Source: Deltaproteobacteria bacterium (GTDB taxonomy: Bacteria > Desulfobacterota > Binatia > UBA12015). From it: a stretch of 64,000 bases of DNA. The notes under the pieces were generated by a model. That model was not told the DNA's origin and did not search any database. It saw only the letters and a list, made by a program, of their open reading frames with translations. The translations under genes were made by a program, and so were the position numbers. The stretch lies in contig VGTG01000010.1 of NCBI GenBank assembly GCA_016874795.1, positions 9,740 through 73,739 on the forward strand, in the 5' to 3' direction. Shown in pieces: positions 59,607-64,000 of the stretch; the stretch's first letter is position 1; every line of letters starts with the position of its first letter.

Positions 59607-61534
59607 GCCCGCTCGACCGTGTCCTGGGCCGGCTTACCGGCGTGTCGCCCAATGGTCGCTCGGCCTGCTGCCCTACGCACGACGACCGCCACGCATCCCT
59701 CTCCATCGCTCAGGGCAACGACGGCCGAGTCCTCTTGAAGTGCCACGCCGGCTGTCCCGTCGAGACGCTGCTCGACGCGATGGGACTCGAGGTCCGGGAT
59801 TTGTTCGTGCAGACGGACGGCGGCCGCCGGGTCGAGGCCACGTACGCGTACCTCGACGAGGAGTCGAAGCTGCTCTTCGAGGTCGTGCGGTACGCGCCGA
59901 AGGGGTTCACGCAGCGTCGCCCCGACGGGGCCGGCGGCTGGATCTACAACCTCCACGGGGTCCAGCGGGTTCTCTACCGCCTGCCGCAACTCCTTTCGGC
60001 ACCAGGCAGAGCCGTGTTCGTGGTCGAGGGGGAGAAGGACGCCGACGCGCTCGCGGAGTTGGGCTTCGTCGCGACGACGAATCCCGGGGGAGCGGGCAAG
60101 TGGCGCGCGAAATACAGCGAGGCGCTTCGCGACTGGTCGGTCTACATTGTCCCCGATAACGACGAGGGGGGCGAACTTCACGCGCGTGACGTTGCGCGCG
60201 GGGTTCTTCCGGTTGCCCAGGAAGTCCGGATAGTGCGGCTCCCGGATCTTTCCGAGAAGGGCGACGTATCCGACTGGATCGCGGCGGGCGGCACGGCCGA
60301 CGAACTCCGCCGCTTTGTTCGCGCGACCAAGCCGATCGCGTCCGCCGACGTCACCGAACGCCCCTCGCACGCCGAAAGCGACGGTCCCTTGGTGCTCCTC
60401 TCGGAGGTCACGCCGGAGGATGTCTCGTGGCTCTGGCCTGGCAAGATCCCCTTGGGGAAGCTGTCGATCCTCGAAGGAGACCCGGACACCGGAAAAACGA
60501 CGGTCGCGCTCGACATTGCGGCCCGCCTCTCCTCGGGACGCTCGATGCCGTGCGAAGGCGTCGCTGCTCCGCCTGCGGGCGTCGTGATCATCACCGCGGA
60601 GGATGGACTCGCGGACACGATCCGACCTCGACTCGAAGCTGCTGGCGCAGATTTGCAGCGCATCGCTGCCTTTCGACTGGACTCGCTCCCAGACCTCACG
60701 GCGTCGGGGCTTGCGGCGATCGAGGCCGCGATCCGTCGGGTCGACGCCCGCCTCGTCATCGTGGACCCGCTCGTGGCCTTCCTACCGGATCAAGCCGACT
60801 CGAAGACGGACCACCGTATCCGGCGCGTCCTGACGCCTCTCGCCGGCTTGGCCGAGCGGACGGGCGTCGCTGTCCTCGCCCTCCGCCATCTGAACAAGTC
60901 GGACGGGAACAATCCCAAGTACCGCGGCGGAGGTTCCATCGGCTTCACGGCCGCCGCGCGATCCGTGATGCTCGCGGGCGTCGATCCCGGCGAGGAGGCG
61001 CGCCGCGTGCTCGCTCGCGTGAAGGGCAATCTTGCTCCCCCGTGGCCGTCGATCTCGTATGAGCTGGAAGCCGGCGACGGAGCCGTCCGTGTTGTCTGGG
61101 GCGCGCAAGTGGAGTGGAGTGCCGCCGACGTCTTGCGCAGTCCGACGCGCGACGCGGGAGACGGTCCCGCCGATCGGCACGCGGTCGACGACGCATCCGA
61201 CTTCCTGACGGAGGTCCTCAACGCCGGATGGAGATCGTCGAAGCAGATCAAGAAGGAAGCCGGCCAAGCGGGGATTGCATGGCGCACGGTCGAGCGGGCG
61301 AAGACGAAGCTCGGCCAAGCCGTCAAGGCGAAGAGGTACGGGGGCGACTGGGGTTGGGAGCTGGTCCGCACAGATGAGGAACACCGCCATCATCCGCTCC
61401 CTGTGGCGGAGTGGCGGAGTGGCGGTCTTGGCGAAAAACCCACTCAGATCATCGACTCCGCCACTCCGCCACTCCGCCAAGGTGAAGGAGATTTGGCGGT
61501 GTTGGAGACGTGCGGGGACGGCGTCGAAGTATGA
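59603..61534 (+). CDS. phage/plasmid primase-helicase: CHC2-like zinc finger + Toprim + AAA_25 (RecA-like) ATPase
   Basis: CCPTHDDRHASLSI...KCHAGCP; Toprim region VFVVEGEKDADALAELGFVATTNPGGAGKW...IVPDNDEGG; Walker A LSILEGDPDTGKTTVALDIAA; HLNKSDGNN. Confidence 0.82.
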   Translation: MSPLDRVLGRLTGVSPNGRSACCPTHDDRHASLSIAQGNDGRVLLKCHAGCPVETLLDAMGLEVRDLFVQTDGGRRVEATYAYLDEESKLLFEVVRYAPKGFTQRRPDGAGGWIYNLHGVQRVLYRLPQLLSAPGRAVFVVEGEKDADALAELGFVATTNPGGAGKWRAKYSEALRDWSVYIVPDNDEGGELHARDVARGVLPVAQEVRIVRLPDLSEKGDVSDWIAAGGTADELRRFVRATKPIASADVTERPSHAESDGPLVLLSEVTPEDVSWLWPGKIPLGKLSILEGDPDTGKTTVALDIAARLSSGRSMPCEGVAAPPAGVVIITAEDGLADTIRPRLEAAGADLQRIAAFRLDSLPDLTASGLAAIEAAIRRVDARLVIVDPLVAFLPDQADSKTDHRIRRVLTPLAGLAERTGVAVLALRHLNKSDGNNPKYRGGGSIGFTAAARSVMLAGVDPGEEARRVLARVKGNLAPPWPSISYELEAGDGAVRVVWGAQVEWSAADVLRSPTRDAGDGPADRHAVDDASDFLTEVLNAGWRSSKQIKKEAGQAGIAWRTVERAKTKLGQAVKAKRYGGDWGWELVRTDEEHRHHPLPVAEWRSGGLGEKPTQIIDSATPPLRQGEGDLAVLETCGDGVEV

Positions 61535-62016
61535 GTGCCCTCGCGGTCCTCGACGAACTCGCCTCGCTCGGAGCCGCCGTCTACCGACGTGGCGATCGAG
61601 TGCGGATCGAGCCGGGTAGTGTCGTCACCCCCGACCTCTTGGCCGAGGTTCGAGCCCACAAGGCCGAGCTTCTCGCGGTGCTACCCGAGGCGCCGGCACC
61701 ACGATGGGAGAACCGATCGAAAGAGTCGGCGACTCTTGAAGCTGGGCCTCGCCGTCCCCTCCGAGTCGTCGTCGACGACGTCAAGCTGCGGAGGACGCCT
61801 TTCGACCTCACGATCGGCGTGCGCGTCATCGACGCGAAGGCATGCGTGCGCGCCGATCTGGCGCAGCTCGAAGCCACGGTCGTCGAGTATTCGAGGGTGT
61901 GGGCCGGACCCGACGAAGACCCACGTCTCGCTCGCGAGCTCGGGGAGCGAATCGAGGATCTGCTCGAGCGTCTCGAATCGTGCGGCGCCCGCGTACGCGT
62001 CGTGGCTCTGTCGTGA
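61531..62016 (+). CDS. hypothetical protein (island cargo)
   Basis: MSALAVLDELASLGAAVYRRGDRVRIEPGSVVTPDLLAEVRAHKAELLAVL...; its ATG overlaps the primase stop. Confidence 0.5.
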   Translation: MSALAVLDELASLGAAVYRRGDRVRIEPGSVVTPDLLAEVRAHKAELLAVLPEAPAPRWENRSKESATLEAGPRRPLRVVVDDVKLRRTPFDLTIGVRVIDAKACVRADLAQLEATVVEYSRVWAGPDEDPRLARELGERIEDLLERLESCGARVRVVALS

Positions 62017-62022
62017 GGGAAG

Positions 62023-62451
62023 ATGTCCGAACCGCGCCGCCAACGGGATGAGCGAGGCCGTTACGCGCCCGAGCAGCGGGCCGCGGAGAAGCGCGAGTTC
62101 GACGAGCTGCTCGGCACGTTCGTCGCCCTGTTCGACGAGTCCCTCCGTCTCCAGCGCGGCCGACGCCGGCCGGGACGCCCACGGGTGCCTCGGCTCACCG
62201 AGCCGACGATGATCGAGACCTTCCGCGGGCTCGGACTCCCCTTCGAGGCGGGCACCATGCGGAAAACTCTGGGGGTGAACGGAGACGGGGAACCTACAGC
62301 TAGCAGCCGAACCCGCGCTCGCCGGGGCGGCTACGCCGATCTCCACAGAGACGATCCCGTGGCCGCGGAGCTGAGAAACGCCTTACGGAAGCTGGGCCTT
62401 TGGCGGGGATCGAACCCGACGACGAAACCCGTCAGGGGTCCACGGAAGTGA
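62023..62451 (+). CDS. hypothetical protein (island cargo)
   Basis: 142-aa ORF with no recognisable motif; basic. Confidence 0.4.
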   Translation: MSEPRRQRDERGRYAPEQRAAEKREFDELLGTFVALFDESLRLQRGRRRPGRPRVPRLTEPTMIETFRGLGLPFEAGTMRKTLGVNGDGEPTASSRTRARRGGYADLHRDDPVAAELRNALRKLGLWRGSNPTTKPVRGPRK

Positions 62452-62843
62452 ACGGCCCGACGTGCCCGACGCACCGAGATCGCGAGCTTGTCTGTCCCGC
62501 CTGTCTCGCCAGGGAACGAGGCCGGAGAGGGGGCAGTTCCACCTCGAAGAAGAAGGCTGCCGCCTCCCGCCGGAACGGCAGGAAGTCGCAGAAGCGGCGG
62601 CGGAAGCGGTGCCGCGAAGCCGCGCTTCGCCGCGCCGAACGCCGTCGACGGGACCTCGAGGCGAAGGAAGCGGCGGCACGTGCCGCGGAGCGCGAGGCGG
62701 AACGAGTCCGTCGTCGGCGCGTAGTACAGGCCCGCGACCGGCTACTTGAGCGCAGACTTCGCGAACAGGGCTGCGAGCCGCGGAGAGCAAGCCCGATGAC
62801 GACTCGCCCCGCCTTCAAGCTGGACCGTCGTCATCGGACTTAG
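62448..62843 (+). CDS. hypothetical zinc-ribbon protein with highly basic coiled-coil tail (island cargo)
   Basis: VNGPTCPTHRDRELVCPACLAR..., then a Lys/Arg/Glu-rich tail; the GTG start overlaps the upstream stop (GTGA). Confidence 0.4.
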   Translation: MNGPTCPTHRDRELVCPACLARERGRRGGSSTSKKKAAASRRNGRKSQKRRRKRCREAALRRAERRRRDLEAKEAAARAAEREAERVRRRRVVQARDRLLERRLREQGCEPRRASPMTTRPAFKLDRRHRT

Positions 62844-62965
62844 TGGGGCAGCCTTCCACGACCTCGAGATCCAGTCTCAGGAGTCACGCGCCCGCCTAAG
62901 AACGAGCGCGCCGCGCTAGTCGCCGAAAGGGCGGAAGGACTCGACGACGAATGAGCACCGGTCCG

Positions 62966-63700
62966 TCATTCGAGCAGCTTCGCCTTCGCCTTCTTGAACT
63001 CCTCGTCCGTAAGCGCACCGGACCGGTGGAGTTCCGCCAGATCCCGCAGCTCTCTCACGGCTGATCCGGTCTGACGCACGGCCACCTCTGAGGGGCTCTT
63101 GGGGTCGATGGACGTCTCGGCGATCTCACCGGAGGCGGCCCCGAGAGCTTGGGCGTCTTCGGCGAGCCGCCTGATCTCGGCGCGATCGTACTCGTCCGAG
63201 CAGAGATACGAGTCACGCCAGAAGGATGGGATCCACGTCTCCTCCGTGGGGGCGGTCGGGTACTCGATGACGACGTCATCGGTCACGGCCTCGTTGATGA
63301 TGATCGCTGGCAGGAGAAGGACCGAACCCGTAAGAGCCATCGTCTGATTCGCGGTGTGGGTGCCGAGGGGCTCGCCGCAATAGGGGTCCTCGTAATAGAG
63401 AGCCATGGCCTTACGGTGCTGCTCGTGGGCGCTCTCGGATTGCCCCTGACGAACCAGCGACGAGGCGCGAACCGCATGCAGCTCCCAAGAGTCTGGCCAC
63501 TTCTTGAGACCTTGATCCAGCATGCGAAGTAGCTCGACTTCCGAGAGGTCGCCTCCCCGTACTGCGTACTCGCGCTCTACCATCCACTCTTCGTACGATT
63601 CCGGATCAGGTTCGTTGAGGGCAGTCTGAATTCTGGTCTGGGTCGAGGCGCAGCCAGCTCCCAAAACCAATGAGAGAAGAGCGCATGTGGGGGTTCGCAT
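62966..63700 (-). CDS. lipoprotein with C-terminal SHOCT domain
   Basis: Lipobox LSLVLGAGCAS; C-terminal LAELHRSGALTDEEFKKAKAKLL matches the SHOCT motif. Confidence 0.65.
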   Translation of the reverse strand: MRTPTCALLSLVLGAGCASTQTRIQTALNEPDPESYEEWMVEREYAVRGGDLSEVELLRMLDQGLKKWPDSWELHAVRASSLVRQGQSESAHEQHRKAMALYYEDPYCGEPLGTHTANQTMALTGSVLLLPAIIINEAVTDDVVIEYPTAPTEETWIPSFWRDSYLCSDEYDRAEIRRLAEDAQALGAASGEIAETSIDPKSPSEVAVRQTGSAVRELRDLAELHRSGALTDEEFKKAKAKLLE

Positions 63701-63702
63701 CG

Positions 63703-64000
63703 CTCACCCGTCGGTGACGGCGAACGGCGGGACGAACTGCGTTAGGTCGAGCGTCGCGTACCCCGAGACCATCGCCGTTGGCCCTCCGCCGTTCGGACCG
63801 CACGTGGCCCCGCCTGATTGGATCGTGAGGATCGACAGGATGGTGCGCGGAGCCGGTGGAGTCGTGGCGTAGTAGAGTTGTCCTGCTTCAGTCGGAACGT
63901 GACAGCCGGGGTTGACGGGATTGGAGAGTAGACCGGGGCCATGATCTCAGGCAACAGCGGGCTGCCGAGCAGCGCTTCGGTGTTCGGCCCGCAGTGCACG
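63703..64000 (-). CDS. possible partial CDS (C-terminal end only), continuing beyond the window
   Basis: Minus-strand frame ending ...GPNGGGPTAMVSGYATLDLTQFVPPFAVTDG* with a TGA at 63703; open to the window edge; no start within the window. Confidence 0.25.

Larger units (their letters stand above)
58348..64000. mobile_element. integrative element (prophage-remnant / satellite- or PICI-like island) at the tRNA-Arg 3' end; right boundary beyond the window
   Basis: A tyrosine integrase abuts the tRNA, followed by an excisionase-like HTH, a primase-helicase, unknown cargo and a SHOCT lipoprotein. Local GC is near 60% against about 70-75% in the core. Confidence 0.7.

Noticed and set aside
59249-60370. 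373-aa minus-strand ORF antisense to the primase-helicase gene.
   Set aside because: Arg/Ser/Pro-rich junk opposite a strongly supported plus-strand gene.

Overview
This is a high-GC (about 70%) bacterial chromosomal window. The abundance of sigma-54/NtrC-type regulators, a diderm outer-membrane receptor and a MYXO-CTERM-like peptide suggest a Myxococcota-like organism, but that is only an inference. Most of the window is conserved housekeeping gene strings in ATGA/GTGA-coupled operons. On the plus strand these are tRNA-Gln, prs, rplY, pth, rpsF, rpsR, rplI, a NUDIX hydrolase, ychF, tRNA-Val, thrS, rpmI, rplT, ihfA, then pcm, an nlpD-like peptidase, apt, then lipB, meaB, a phosphatase, tRNA(CAT), tilS, ftsH, folP, cdaA, cdaR, glmM, nnr, tsaE, lysC, a leuA/cimA-family synthase, cysE, nifS/iscS, mnmA, rnc, era, der and an isochorismatase. 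Three regions stand out. First, a minus-strand F420/FO biosynthesis operon (cofG-cofH-cofD-cofE, 13.9-18.1 kb) sits downstream of a sigma-54-linked signalling module (18.8-23.4 kb) and an uncharacterised Zn-ribbon gene, and converges on an FrhB-like Fe-S flavoprotein gene; the convergent gap holds two abutting MITE-like elements with perfect 24/29-bp terminal inverted repeats and CTAG duplications. Second, a minus-strand deoxy-sugar (L-fucose-like) oxidative catabolic cluster (46.9-54.7 kb) lies beside a TonB-dependent receptor. Third, an integrative element inserted at tRNA-Arg(ACG) (58.35 kb to beyond the window end) has lower GC and carries an integrase, an excisionase-like HTH protein, a Zn-finger protein, a Toprim/AAA_25 primase-helicase, several unknown cargo genes and a SHOCT lipoprotein; its uncharacterised cargo is the most likely place for an undescribed system. 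Eleven tRNA genes are present. I see no CRISPR array or rRNA. All calls come from reading the supplied ORF translations and sequence by eye; no searches were run.
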